Below are positions 9,948 to 20,274 of a DNA stretch of 64,000 bases, in pieces. The notes below the pieces were generated by a model. It was not told where the DNA came from, did not search any database, and saw nothing but the letters and a program-made list of their open reading frames with translations. The stretch lies in the sequence record DRR378314_814. One strand, given 5' to 3'. Each line of letters starts with the position of its first letter. Within the stretch, counting starts at the first letter, position 1. The position numbers were made by a program, and so were the translations under genes.

Positions 9948-11672
9948 GTGAACGGTTTAAGTCAGCTTTTACAGAACCTTGGTACCATCAGGCTTGCCAT
10001 ATTGGGGTCTGTTGCCGTGGGCCTGATCGCTCTGATCATGTTTATGTCCACACAGCTGGGGACAGCAGACTATGCGCTGCTATATGGAAATCTGGAGCCA
10101 GAGGATTCTGGAGCGGTTGTCAACCGTCTGGACGCCCAGAACGTTCCCTATCAACTGGAAAATGGCGGCCGGGATATTATGGTCCCGCGCGATCAGGTGG
10201 ACAAACTACGCCTTGGTATGGCCCAGGATGGCCTGCCAAATGGCGGCTCCGTCGGCTATGAAATCTTTGATAATTCGGACGCATTTGGCACAACCGCCTT
10301 CGTTCAGAACGTTAATCTGATCCGCGCGTTGGAGGGAGAACTGTCCCGAACCATCCGCGCGTTGAACAATGTCTCCTCCGCCCGCGTTCACATTGTCCTC
10401 CCCAAACGGCAGGTTTTCAGCCGTGAAAAACGGGAAGCCACCGCCTCTATCGTCATGAAACTAAGAGGTCGATTAAGCGAAGATCAAGTCTCCTCGATCC
10501 AGCATATGGTCGCTGCCGCCGTGCCAACCCTAGCGATCAATCGGATCTCCATCGTCGATAGTCGAGGTAATCTGCTGGCCCGCGGAGATGGGAAAGATAA
10601 CCCCGGAAACGGCTTTGGCAGCCAAACAGAATTTATGCGCGCGTCATACGAAAGCCGCCTGCGCGAGCAAATCGAAACCTTGCTGGAACAGTCCCTAGGC
10701 AAAGGCAATGTCCGCGCGCAAGTCAGCGCAGAAATGAATTTCGATCAGAAAACCGTAAAATCTGAAACTTACGATCCGGACGGACAGGTTGTTCGCTCCA
10801 CCCAGACCGTGGAGGAAAGCAGCTCTTCCAACGAGAGCGATGGTGAAGGGGACGGCGTAACGGTTGGTAATAATCTGCCCGAAGCCGAAGCTGCCGGTGG
10901 TGGCGGTGCGGGTTCTGAAAGTGCTTCTAACCGGCTGGAAGAAACTGTTAATTACGAGATTTCCAAAACCATAACAACCGAAATTCAGGAAGCTGGTCTT
11001 GTTCAGCGACTGACAGTTGCGGTGCTGGTCAATGGACGATCTGCCTTGGACGCAGATGGCAATCAGACCTATCAGGCGCTGGATCAGGAAGCGCTGGATC
11101 AGGTTGCCCGTCTGGTTCGCTCCTCCATCGGATTTGATGAGGATCGGGGTGATATGGTCGAAGTTGTGAACATGCCCTTTGTCGAACTGGCCCCGGTTGA
11201 ATTTGAGGAAGATCCGGAAACGGCAGAAATCTTTTTGGGTCTGACCAAGCGTGATCTTTTCAAGATGGGTGAAATGGCCGTATTGGCGATCGTTGCCATC
11301 CTTGCGCTGTTGCTGGTGGTTCGTCCGCTGCTGACCCGGGCCCTCAGTGTTGATGACACGGGCAATGCCCTGGCAGGACCAGGCGGTGCCGTTGGTGCCA
11401 TTGCTGGCGCCCCTGGATATGCCGGCGGCGACGGCAGCACAGCCCAATTGTCGGGTGCTGGCGGTGCAGGAAATGCCCTGGCAGGACCGTCCGGCGACCA
11501 GGACTTAGGGTTGCAATCTGAAACACTATCGGAACTCGACGAAATGATCGACATCGCCAAGGTTGACGGTCAGGTCAAAACCTCAGCACTCAATAAAGTT
11601 GGGGAAATTGTCGAAAAGCATCCAGATGAAGCGGTCGCGATCATTCGCAACTGGCTCTATCACGATAAATAA
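9948..11672 (+). CDS. fliF: Flagellar MS-ring protein
   Basis: N-terminal [34 protein letters not shown], second TM, C-terminal [13 protein letters not shown]. Start GTG at 9939 or 9948. Confidence 0.95.
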   Translation: MNGLSQLLQNLGTIRLAILGSVAVGLIALIMFMSTQLGTADYALLYGNLEPEDSGAVVNRLDAQNVPYQLENGGRDIMVPRDQVDKLRLGMAQDGLPNGGSVGYEIFDNSDAFGTTAFVQNVNLIRALEGELSRTIRALNNVSSARVHIVLPKRQVFSREKREATASIVMKLRGRLSEDQVSSIQHMVAAAVPTLAINRISIVDSRGNLLARGDGKDNPGNGFGSQTEFMRASYESRLREQIETLLEQSLGKGNVRAQVSAEMNFDQKTVKSETYDPDGQVVRSTQTVEESSSSNESDGEGDGVTVGNNLPEAEAAGGGGAGSESASNRLEETVNYEISKTITTEIQEAGLVQRLTVAVLVNGRSALDADGNQTYQALDQEALDQVARLVRSSIGFDEDRGDMVEVVNMPFVELAPVEFEEDPETAEIFLGLTKRDLFKMGEMAVLAIVAILALLLVVRPLLTRALSVDDTGNALAGPGGAVGAIAGAPGYAGGDGSTAQLSGAGGAGNALAGPSGDQDLGLQSETLSELDEMIDIAKVDGQVKTSALNKVGEIVEKHPDEAVAIIRNWLYHDK

Positions 11673-11686
11673 GTCAGGGAAGTCAC

Positions 11687-12700
11687 ATGTCAATTACAGA
11701 TATTAAACAACTGGCCGGAAACGATAAAGCTGCCATCATGATGCTGGCCCTCGGCGAAGAACATGCCTCCCCGATCTGGAACCGGTTGGATGAAGAGGAA
11801 ATCAAGGAGATTTCCCAGGCCATGTCAAACCTTGGGACTGTCTCCTCTGATGTCATGGAAGCTTTGTTTGTTGAATTTGCTGGCAGCATTTCCTCAACTG
11901 GAAATCTGGTCGGAACCTATGATGCGACAGAGCGGCTGCTGCTAAAAGCGCTGCCATCGGACAAGGTCGACAACATCATGGAAGAGATCCGCGGACCCGC
12001 GGGCAGAACCATGTGGGACAAGCTGGCGAATGTTAATGAAGCGGTATTGGCAAACTACCTGAAAAATGAATATCCACAGACCGTTGCCGTGGTCATGAGC
12101 AAGATCAATCCGGATCATGCCGCCAAGGTTCTGTCCACCCTGCCCGAAGATTTCTCGCTGGAAGTGGTCAACCGGATGCTGCAGATGGAATCTGTTCAGA
12201 AAGAGGTTCTGGATAAGATCGAGGACACTCTTCGCAGTGAGTTCATGAGCAATCTGGCCAAAACGAACAAACGCGACAGCCATGAGATGATGGCCGAGAT
12301 TTTCAACAACTTTGACCGCAACACTGAAGGTCGCTTCATCGCAGCCCTGGAAGAGCGAAACCGGGACAGTGCTGAAAAGATCAAGGCCTTGATGTTCACC
12401 TTCGAGGATCTGTTGAAACTGGATCCTGCCGGCGTGCAGACCCTGCTGCGCAATGTGGACAAGGATCGTCTTGGCATTTGTATGAAAGGCGCGTCTGATG
12501 CGGTTCGCGATCTTTTCTTCAGCAACATGTCAGAACGGGCGGCCAAAATCCTTCGCGAGGATATGGAAGCGCTCGGACCTGTTCGGTTGCGGGATGTGGA
12601 TGAAGCGCAGATGGAAATCGTCAATATGGCCAAGGACCTCGCCGACAAGGGTGAAATCATGCTCGCCGATAGCGGCGGAGATGACGAGCTGGTGTATTAA
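11687..12700 (+). CDS. fliG: Flagellar motor switch protein
   Basis: [47 protein letters not shown]. Confidence 0.97.
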   Translation: MSITDIKQLAGNDKAAIMMLALGEEHASPIWNRLDEEEIKEISQAMSNLGTVSSDVMEALFVEFAGSISSTGNLVGTYDATERLLLKALPSDKVDNIMEEIRGPAGRTMWDKLANVNEAVLANYLKNEYPQTVAVVMSKINPDHAAKVLSTLPEDFSLEVVNRMLQMESVQKEVLDKIEDTLRSEFMSNLAKTNKRDSHEMMAEIFNNFDRNTEGRFIAALEERNRDSAEKIKALMFTFEDLLKLDPAGVQTLLRNVDKDRLGICMKGASDAVRDLFFSNMSERAAKILREDMEALGPVRLRDVDEAQMEIVNMAKDLADKGEIMLADSGGDDELVY

Positions 12701-12708
12701 GGGCGTAT

Positions 12709-13362
12709 GTGATGAGTGCAAATTCCAAATTCCTGTTTGATACCGAATTCGGCAAACCCAGCAAGCCAGAACCTGATAAGGAAGTGGCGGCGGAACCAGA
12801 GCTGCCACCTGCCGTCTATACAGAAGAAGACAAGGAAAAATTATGCGCCGAAGCCCATGATGCGGGCCTGAGTGCAGGTCGGGATGAAGCCCTGCAAAGC
12901 ATAGAAGCCAGCACCGCCGACATTATGAACAACCTGAGCGGACAGCTGCAACAGCTTGCTGCAGCCCACGAGTCCCAGATGGAGAATATGCGGTGTGAGG
13001 CGGCGAGCCTGGCTTTTGCTGTTGCGAAAAAACTGGCACCGGCTTTGATTGCCCGCCAACCTGAACAGGAAGTATTGCAAATGGTGCAGGAATGCCTGGT
13101 CGATCTGCATGATGAACCGCGCATTGTCTTAAGGGCCAACGAGCAGATCTGCAGCAATCTGGCAGAAAAAGTAGATACTCTGGCCGCTCAATCCGGTTTC
13201 CAGGGCAATATCATCCTGTTACCGGATGATACAAAAATTGACAGCGACTGCCGGATTGAATGGGCAGATGGCGGCGTCGAGAGGGATGTAACTGACACGA
13301 CCGAAAAACTGCAAGAGATCATTAATCGGTTTATCAGTTCCGCAGATGAAGCAAAGTCATGA
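12709..13362 (+). CDS. fliH: Flagellar export apparatus protein FliH (FlbE-like)
   Basis: KFLFDTEF N-terminus, AxxxG repeats, DCRIEWADGGVERD; between fliG and fliN. Confidence 0.85.
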   Translation: MMSANSKFLFDTEFGKPSKPEPDKEVAAEPELPPAVYTEEDKEKLCAEAHDAGLSAGRDEALQSIEASTADIMNNLSGQLQQLAAAHESQMENMRCEAASLAFAVAKKLAPALIARQPEQEVLQMVQECLVDLHDEPRIVLRANEQICSNLAEKVDTLAAQSGFQGNIILLPDDTKIDSDCRIEWADGGVERDVTDTTEKLQEIINRFISSADEAKS

Positions 13363-13405
13363 AGGTAGAGAGCAAAAGCCTTTTTGACAGTTATGGAGAG
13401 TAACA

Positions 13406-13828
13406 GTGGCAGAAAATGAAGATTTAGAGCTTGATGATCTGAGCGCCCAGTCCGCAAATGCGGCCGGCGCTGAGGGGGCCGATCAGGAAGGGGCGAATGC
13501 CGCTACTGAAGAGGGAGCAGACGGATCCAGCGACGCTGACGATCAAAATTCGCACCAGGACGATTCAGACATCGCCCGGACAGCGGCTGATCTGGAAGCC
13601 GTGTTTGATATTCCCGTGCATGTGTCTGCGGTTCTGGGGAAATCCAGAATGCAGGTCAGCCAACTGCTCAAACTCGGTCGGGGAGCTGTTGTCGAGCTGG
13701 ACCGAAAAGTTGGTGAAGCCATCGATATTTATGTCAATAACCGTCTTGTCGCCCGCGGAGAGGTTGTTGTTGTGGAAGACCGGCTGGGCGTCACCATGAC
13801 CGAGATTATCAAGTCGGATCGCAGATAA
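13406..13828 (+). CDS. fliN: Flagellar motor switch protein
   Basis: DLEAVFDIPVHVSAVLG...LLKLGRGAVVELDRKVGEAIDIYVNNRLVARGEVVVVEDRLGV. Confidence 0.95.
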   Translation: MAENEDLELDDLSAQSANAAGAEGADQEGANAATEEGADGSSDADDQNSHQDDSDIARTAADLEAVFDIPVHVSAVLGKSRMQVSQLLKLGRGAVVELDRKVGEAIDIYVNNRLVARGEVVVVEDRLGVTMTEIIKSDRR

Positions 13829-13842
13829 CTGGGAAACCAATA

Positions 13843-14616
13843 ATGAACTTGGATTTTGCGACAATTTTTGGACTTTTTGGCAGTTTCGCTGTGGTTACCG
13901 CCGCCGTTCTTGTGGGCGGCTCAGCCACGGCTTTCTATAATCTGCCATCAGTTCTAATTGTGCTGGGGGGCACATTCCTGGTCACAACCATGAGCTATTC
14001 CCTGTTTGAGGTGATGCGCTCTCAACGCCTGATTTTGCGAACATTGTTCAAACCCCATAGCCGGCCGATTGAGGTCGCCATGGATATGATTGAGCTGGCT
14101 GAACGGTGCCGCGGCAGAGGGATTTTGAAGCTTCAGGACTTTATCAGCCACGGAGATCCTGACAGCTTTCGAAATAAATCCCTGCAGCTTGTGGTCGACG
14201 GGCTGCCCGCCGATGAAGTAAACCGGATTTTGAGCAACGAATTAAAGGCTATGACCGCCCGTCACAGTTCCTCTGCAGGGATCCTGCACCGGGCGGCTGA
14301 AGTTGCCCCGGCGATGGGCCTGATCGGGACATTGGTCGGTCTGGTTCAAATGCTGAGCAGCCTGGATGATCCGTCGACAATCGGACCGGCCATGGCTGTT
14401 GCCCTACTGACCACTTTCTACGGTGCGGTTCTGGCCAATATGTTTTTCAGCCCTTTAGCGTCCAAGTTGGAGCGAAATTCAGCTGAAGAAACATTGATCA
14501 ACCGTATTTACATCGCCAGCGCCACGTCCATCGGCAGACAGGAAAATCCCCGTCGCCTGGAAATGGTACTGAATACCTTGTTGCCGCCAACCGAGCGCGT
14601 GCAGTTTTATAATTAG
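13843..14616 (+). CDS. motA: Flagellar stator A subunit (MotA/PomA family)
   Basis: LPSVLIVLGGT, APAMGLIGTLVGLVQML, IGPAMAVALLTTFYG, PLASKL. Confidence 0.9.
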   Translation: MNLDFATIFGLFGSFAVVTAAVLVGGSATAFYNLPSVLIVLGGTFLVTTMSYSLFEVMRSQRLILRTLFKPHSRPIEVAMDMIELAERCRGRGILKLQDFISHGDPDSFRNKSLQLVVDGLPADEVNRILSNELKAMTARHSSSAGILHRAAEVAPAMGLIGTLVGLVQMLSSLDDPSTIGPAMAVALLTTFYGAVLANMFFSPLASKLERNSAEETLINRIYIASATSIGRQENPRRLEMVLNTLLPPTERVQFYN

Positions 14617-14636
14617 AGTATCGGGAGAATAAGCAG

Positions 14637-16028
14637 ATGCGTTTGCTTATAATTGGATCATTAAATGGACAAATCGGGGCAGCCAGCAAAATTGCCATGT
14701 CCCGAGGTGCTAAAGTCAGCCAGGTTGAAGATATTGACGCTGCCCTGACTTCCTTACGTTCTGGCCGCGGTGCAGATATGGCAATGATTGACGTCAATCT
14801 GCCAATTTCACAACTGGTGGAAAGCCTGACGAACGAACGGATCAATCTGCCGATCATCGCCTGCGGTGTGAATACAGATGCCAAGGCGGCTGCCAACGCC
14901 ATTCGGGCTGGGGCCAAGGAATTTCTTCCGCTGCCACCAGATCCTGAATTGATTGCAGCCGTTCTGGAGGCCGTGGCAGAAGAAAATTCCCAACTGGTTT
15001 TCAGTGACCCGGCCATGGCCGAAGTTGTTAAACTGGCGGATCAAATTGCGCCCTCTTCGGCCTCCGTCCTGATTAACGGGGAAACCGGCACCGGTAAGGA
15101 AGTCATGGCCAGCTACCTGCATAAAAAAAGCAATCGTGCCGACAAGCCATTTGTCTGTGTGAACTGCGCGGCCATCCCAGAGAACCTGCTGGAATCCGAA
15201 CTATTCGGTCATGAAAAAGGGGCCTTTACCGGGGCGATTGCCCGCCGGATTGGTAAATTTGAAGAAGCCAATGGCGGGACCCTGCTCCTGGACGAGATCA
15301 GTGAAATGGATATCCAGCTGCAAGCCAAGCTGTTGCGCGCCATTCAAGAACGCGTCATTGACCGGGTTGGCGGCAATAAACCGGTTTCTGTTGATATTCG
15401 TATTCTGGCCACATCCAACCGGGATCTGGCGGAAGCCGTGCAGGAAAGAACCTTCCGCGAAGATTTGCTGTTCCGTCTCAATGTGGTGACACTGAAAATT
15501 CCACCGCTTCGTGAACGGCCGTCCGATATCGAGACGTTATCAGGGCATTTTGCAAAGAAATATTCTGAAATGAATTCCATTCCAGAGCGGGCAATCAGTC
15601 AAGCTGCGCTTGAGAAGCTGAAACGCAATCGCTGGAAAGGAAATGTGCGGGAACTTGAAAATACCATGCACCGGGCCGTGTTGTTGGCCCAGGGTGATGA
15701 TATTGGTCCCGAAGCCATTTTGATGCCGGATGGCAGCGCGGTTCCAGAAAACCAAGCCATGACAACAGCCGCAGCTCCTGCGATGGCAGGCGCCTCTCCA
15801 GCGGCCGCAGGCGGGGAAATGAGCGACGCGGGAACCATGGTTGGCCGCACTGTTGCCGATATGGAAAAGGATCTGATCCTCAACACATTGGAACATTGTC
15901 TGGGCAACCGAACCCATGCAGCCAATATTCTTGGAATTTCGATACGCACCCTTCGCAACAAACTGAAGCAATATTCAGGTGAAGGTGTCGAGGTTCCCTC
16001 AGCCGGAACAAGTCGCCCGGCCTTTTAA
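14637..16028 (+). CDS. flbD: sigma54-dependent flagellar activator
   Basis: Receiver-like N-terminus, GETGTGKE, GAFTGA, LLLDEISE, WKGNVRELEN, Fis HTH GNRTHAANILGISIRTLRNKL. Confidence 0.93.
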   Translation: MRLLIIGSLNGQIGAASKIAMSRGAKVSQVEDIDAALTSLRSGRGADMAMIDVNLPISQLVESLTNERINLPIIACGVNTDAKAAANAIRAGAKEFLPLPPDPELIAAVLEAVAEENSQLVFSDPAMAEVVKLADQIAPSSASVLINGETGTGKEVMASYLHKKSNRADKPFVCVNCAAIPENLLESELFGHEKGAFTGAIARRIGKFEEANGGTLLLDEISEMDIQLQAKLLRAIQERVIDRVGGNKPVSVDIRILATSNRDLAEAVQERTFREDLLFRLNVVTLKIPPLRERPSDIETLSGHFAKKYSEMNSIPERAISQAALEKLKRNRWKGNVRELENTMHRAVLLAQGDDIGPEAILMPDGSAVPENQAMTTAAAPAMAGASPAAAGGEMSDAGTMVGRTVADMEKDLILNTLEHCLGNRTHAANILGISIRTLRNKLKQYSGEGVEVPSAGTSRPAF

Positions 16029-16058
16029 AGACCTTTTGGACAGGGATCAGTCGCATAA

Positions 16059-18173
16059 ATGAGTGACAGTCAGGAACAACCCCAAAAAGCAGGATCGGGC
16101 GGATATAGCCTGCGGGAAATCCGTGCCATCATTGGACAGGGAGATATTGGCCTTGCCCTTGGCGTGGTCGGCATTCTTGTTGTCCTGATCCTGCCCATGC
16201 CCAGTTGGCTGCTGGATTTCAGCCTGGCACTGTCCATTACTTTCTCTGTCATCATCCTGATGACCTGCCTGTTTATCGCCAAACCCCTGGATTTCAGCTC
16301 TTTTCCGACGGTTTTGCTGATCGCCACCATGATGCGATTATCACTCAACCTGGCATCGACGCGCCTCATCCTGTCGGAAGGACATACAGGTCCAGCCGCC
16401 GCCGGTCATGTGATTGAAGCCTTTGGTAACTTTGTTATGGGCGGTAATTTCGTGATCGGAATTATTGTCTTTTCCATTCTGGTGATCGTGAATTTTGTGG
16501 TGATAACAAAGGGTTCCGGCAGGATCGCCGAGGTAGCGGCCCGCTTCTCGCTGGATGCCATGCCCGGTAAACAGATGGCCATCGATGCGGATTTGTCGGC
16601 CGGCATGATCGATGAGAATACGGCGCGAACCCGACGAAAAGAACTGGAAGATGAAAGTGGGTTCTTCGGATCCATGGATGGTGCCTCCAAATTCGTGCGG
16701 GGCGATGCCATTGCCGGTCTTCTGATCACCTTTATCAATATTATTGGCGGGATCATCGTCGGGGTAGCCCAGAATGATCTGAGTTTCTCGCAAGCGGCGG
16801 AAAGCTACACATTGCTGACTGTGGGGGATGGTCTGGTCAGTCAGATCCCGGCCCTGATCGTTTCGATCGCTGCTGGTATGCTGGTCTCTCGTGGTGGTGT
16901 TGTTGGAACGACCGATAAAGCGCTGATCAGTCAGCTGGGGGGATATCCCCGCGCGCTTGGCGTCAGTGCATTTCTGCTCATCAGCCTGTCGCTGCTGCCC
17001 GGTATTCCCATGCTGCCGTTCATGATTTTGGCCGGTGTCGTTGGATATGCCTCCTATTATATGGCGCGGCAGAAACAGGATGAAGTTGTCCAGGAACAAC
17101 AAAAAGTCATTGAAGAACAGAAAGAAGCCATCCCGGCTGAAGAGCCGATCTCAACCGCCCTTGCAATTGACGATCTGCGGTTGGAGCTGGGATATGGTTT
17201 GCTGTCCCTGATCAATGATACAGAAGGATATCGCCTGACCGACCAGATCAAGGCCCTTCGCCGTCAAATCGCCGGGGATATGGGTTTTGTCATGCCAAGC
17301 GTGCGAATTCTGGATAATATGCAGCTACCGGCCAATAACTATCTGGTTCGGGTCAAGGAATTGGAAGCCGGTGAAGGCGATGTCCGCCCCAATCAGTTGC
17401 TGATCATGGATCCGCAGGGCCTGCCGATTGACCTGCCCGGCGAGGAGACAACAGAACCAACCTTTGGCCTGCCCGCCGTTTGGGTGGATGAAGGCCAACG
17501 CGAAGAAGCCTCTTTCCGGGGCTACACTGTTGTCGATCCAGCAACAGTGATCACCACTCACCTGACTGAAATTCTGAAAGATCACATGGCGGATCTGCTG
17601 TCTTATGCAGAAACCCAGAAATTGCTGGATGAACTTCCAAGTGCCCATCAGAAACTGATTGCCGATGTGATCCCTACCCAGATTACGGTTAGCGGCGTTC
17701 AGCGTGTTCTGCAAAACCTGCTGACGGAGCGGATTTCTGTCCGCGATCTGGCCGGTATTCTGGAGGGAATTTCAGAAGCAACCGGATACACCCAGAATAT
17801 CAACATGATCACCGAACATGTGCGGGCCCGACTTGCCCGCCAGATTTCCGCGACCAATACAGCACCGGACGGCTTTATTCCGCTGGTCACCCTGTCCCCT
17901 CAATGGGAGCAGAATTTCGCGGATGCCATCATCGGACAAGGGGAAGAAAAGCAGCTTTCAATGGCGCCGAGCCTGCTGCAGGAATTCATCGCCAATATCC
18001 GCGACAATTTCGATCGACTGGCCCAGCAGGGTCATAACCCGGTTCTACTGACCAGTCCGGGGATCCGCCCATATGTCCGATCTATCATTGAAAGGTTCCG
18101 CCCCAGCACAGTGGTTATGTCACAAAATGAAATTCACCCTAAAGCCAAGCTTAAAACGCTGGCGCAGGTGTAG
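16059..18173 (+). CDS. flhA: Flagellar export gate protein
   Basis: Multiple TMs, VITKGSGRIAEVAARFSLDAMPGKQMAIDADL, GSMDGASKFVRGDAIAG. Confidence 0.97.
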   Translation: MSDSQEQPQKAGSGGYSLREIRAIIGQGDIGLALGVVGILVVLILPMPSWLLDFSLALSITFSVIILMTCLFIAKPLDFSSFPTVLLIATMMRLSLNLASTRLILSEGHTGPAAAGHVIEAFGNFVMGGNFVIGIIVFSILVIVNFVVITKGSGRIAEVAARFSLDAMPGKQMAIDADLSAGMIDENTARTRRKELEDESGFFGSMDGASKFVRGDAIAGLLITFINIIGGIIVGVAQNDLSFSQAAESYTLLTVGDGLVSQIPALIVSIAAGMLVSRGGVVGTTDKALISQLGGYPRALGVSAFLLISLSLLPGIPMLPFMILAGVVGYASYYMARQKQDEVVQEQQKVIEEQKEAIPAEEPISTALAIDDLRLELGYGLLSLINDTEGYRLTDQIKALRRQIAGDMGFVMPSVRILDNMQLPANNYLVRVKELEAGEGDVRPNQLLIMDPQGLPIDLPGEETTEPTFGLPAVWVDEGQREEASFRGYTVVDPATVITTHLTEILKDHMADLLSYAETQKLLDELPSAHQKLIADVIPTQITVSGVQRVLQNLLTERISVRDLAGILEGISEATGYTQNINMITEHVRARLARQISATNTAPDGFIPLVTLSPQWEQNFADAIIGQGEEKQLSMAPSLLQEFIANIRDNFDRLAQQGHNPVLLTSPGIRPYVRSIIERFRPSTVVMSQNEIHPKAKLKTLAQV

Positions 18174-18184
18174 GGCAACAGTAA

Positions 18185-19441
18185 ATGCGTATCAAATCAT
18201 TTACCGGCAAAGATATGGCTGATGCCATGACACAGGTTCGAAACCAGCTTGGCGAGGATGCAATTATCCTGTCCACGCAAGACCTGCCATCAGGAGAGGC
18301 ACAAGTGACCGCGGCAATCGAAAAACAGGATCCGGCGCCCCCCACCTACCGACCCAAAAAGCCAAATGGCTGGGCGTTGGACTGGGACAGTGACTGGCGG
18401 CTGGAAGCAGAACAGCCCCACGAAAATGCCAAGAAGCTCCAAAAGCGGGTGGTCAAGAAAAAGACCCCTGAGCCCGCTGTTGCAGCAAGCCAGGCACCGC
18501 CAAAACAAACACCAAAGCCGCAGGCTGAACAGGAAAACCCGGATCGATTATTCCTGCGACAACAAGCAAAGCAGCAAAGCAAACCTGAGAAAGCACGTAA
18601 ACCGGCACCTGCCAGCACGCAGGGAAAACCACCGCTTCAGGTAACGCCTCAGGTCGAAACGCTAGTCCAGGCGATGGCCTTTCATGGGGTTCCAACCTTG
18701 CTGGCTGAACGGCTGATCCGAACGGCGATCGGTGCCAATACCGATGATACCAACCTTGCCTTGGCTGCCGCCCTTGATGAACATTTCAGTTTTGCGCCAA
18801 AATTCACGGCCCGCAACAGACCCTTGATGCTGGTGGGGCCGCCGGGCGTTGGCAAAACAATGACCATTGCAAAGATGGCAGCATCCGCCACCGTGGATAA
18901 CCGTCCGGTTCATGTGATTACCACCGATAAAAGCCGGGCGGGTGCTGTTGATCAGCTCAAAGCCTTCACCGATATTCTGAAGCTGAAACTTTGGGTGACC
19001 AATGGGGCAAAAGGCCTGCCCGAAACCCTTGGCAGTAAAGAGCTGAAAGATGGTGCCCATATCCTCATCGATACAGGCGGCATCAATTGTTACGAGATGA
19101 AAGATCTTGAAGAACTGGCCGAACAGATCATTGTCAGTGGCGCAGAGACCCTGGCGGTTTTGCCCGCCGGTCTGGATGCTGCGGAAATGAGTGACACATC
19201 GGCAAAGCTATCCTCCATCGGGGCTAAGCGCCTGCTGATTACCCGACTGGATACCACCCGGCGCTATGGCGGTGTACTAACGGCAGCGGACAAAGCCGGG
19301 CTTAGTTTTTCCTATGCCAGCGTTTCCCCTGCGGTTGCGACCGGATTACATGTTCTGACACCGGTAAATCTCGCCCGATTAATTTTACGTGATCCCACAC
19401 AACAGGGCGTCAGTAGCGAATTTGACAAGGTTCAAAAATGA
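18185..19441 (+). CDS. flhF: SRP-family GTPase FlhF
   Basis: MRIKSFTGKDMADAMTQVRNQLGEDAIILS, LVGPPGVGKT, DTGG, TRLD; between flhA and a MinD-like gene. Confidence 0.85.
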   Translation: MRIKSFTGKDMADAMTQVRNQLGEDAIILSTQDLPSGEAQVTAAIEKQDPAPPTYRPKKPNGWALDWDSDWRLEAEQPHENAKKLQKRVVKKKTPEPAVAASQAPPKQTPKPQAEQENPDRLFLRQQAKQQSKPEKARKPAPASTQGKPPLQVTPQVETLVQAMAFHGVPTLLAERLIRTAIGANTDDTNLALAAALDEHFSFAPKFTARNRPLMLVGPPGVGKTMTIAKMAASATVDNRPVHVITTDKSRAGAVDQLKAFTDILKLKLWVTNGAKGLPETLGSKELKDGAHILIDTGGINCYEMKDLEELAEQIIVSGAETLAVLPAGLDAAEMSDTSAKLSSIGAKRLLITRLDTTRRYGGVLTAADKAGLSFSYASVSPAVATGLHVLTPVNLARLILRDPTQQGVSSEFDKVQK

Positions 19442-20241
19442 CAGATACACATAGTCCTCTCACCCAACGGCCCAGCGCCCATCCGGCAACAGCCGCTGCG
19501 GGCAAGAACCTGATCACGATCGCATCTGGCAAAGGCGGCGTTGGTAAAACCATTATTTCCACAACCCTGGCCCACGCACTGGCAAAGCTGGAGAAAAAAG
19601 TCCTGCTGTTTGATGGTGATGTCGGCCTTGCCAACGTGGATATCCAGCTTGGCGTCATGCCCGAATATGATCTTGCCTCCGTCATCAGTGGAGAGAAAAA
19701 ACTGAAAGACGTGGCGTTTCATTATGAGCCAGGCGGCTATGATATCATTGCCGGCCGATCGGGATCAGGCTCCCTTGGTACACTGGATGAAGATCACTTG
19801 CGCGCCGTGCATGAGGAACTGGTCGAGCTGGGGGCAGATTATGATTATATTATTCTGGACCTTGGGGCGGGAATTGACAATGCCGTTCGCACCCTATCAT
19901 CGGCCAAAGGGCCAAAGCTGGTTGTCACCAACGGAGAGCCAACATCCCTGACCGACGCCTATGCGTTTATCAAGGTCACACACCAGGCCCATCAAAATGC
20001 AGATACCAGAATTCTCGTTAATATGGTAAAATCACGGAATGACGGCCAGAAGGTTTATGAAAAACTGCTGACGGCTTGCCGAAATTTTCTGCAACTAGAA
20101 CCTCATCTTGCAGGGATTATTCCGCAAGATGATATGGTTGGCAAAGCCATCAGGTCTCAGTCAGCGTTGCTGAGCCGCTATCCAACCAGTGAGGCCGCAA
20201 GCGAGATTGAGCGACTGGCGCAAAAATTGGTCCAAAGCTAA
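19438..20241 (+). CDS. flhG: MinD-like ATPase FlhG/FleN
   Basis: IASGKGGVGKT, DGDVGLANVD, LDLGAGI, EPTSLTDAYAFIK; ATGA overlap with flhF. Confidence 0.9.
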   Translation: MTDTHSPLTQRPSAHPATAAAGKNLITIASGKGGVGKTIISTTLAHALAKLEKKVLLFDGDVGLANVDIQLGVMPEYDLASVISGEKKLKDVAFHYEPGGYDIIAGRSGSGSLGTLDEDHLRAVHEELVELGADYDYIILDLGAGIDNAVRTLSSAKGPKLVVTNGEPTSLTDAYAFIKVTHQAHQNADTRILVNMVKSRNDGQKVYEKLLTACRNFLQLEPHLAGIIPQDDMVGKAIRSQSALLSRYPTSEAASEIERLAQKLVQS

Positions 20242-20274
20242 GGCACGCGGGATCAAAAATGTCGGGTAAAAGGT

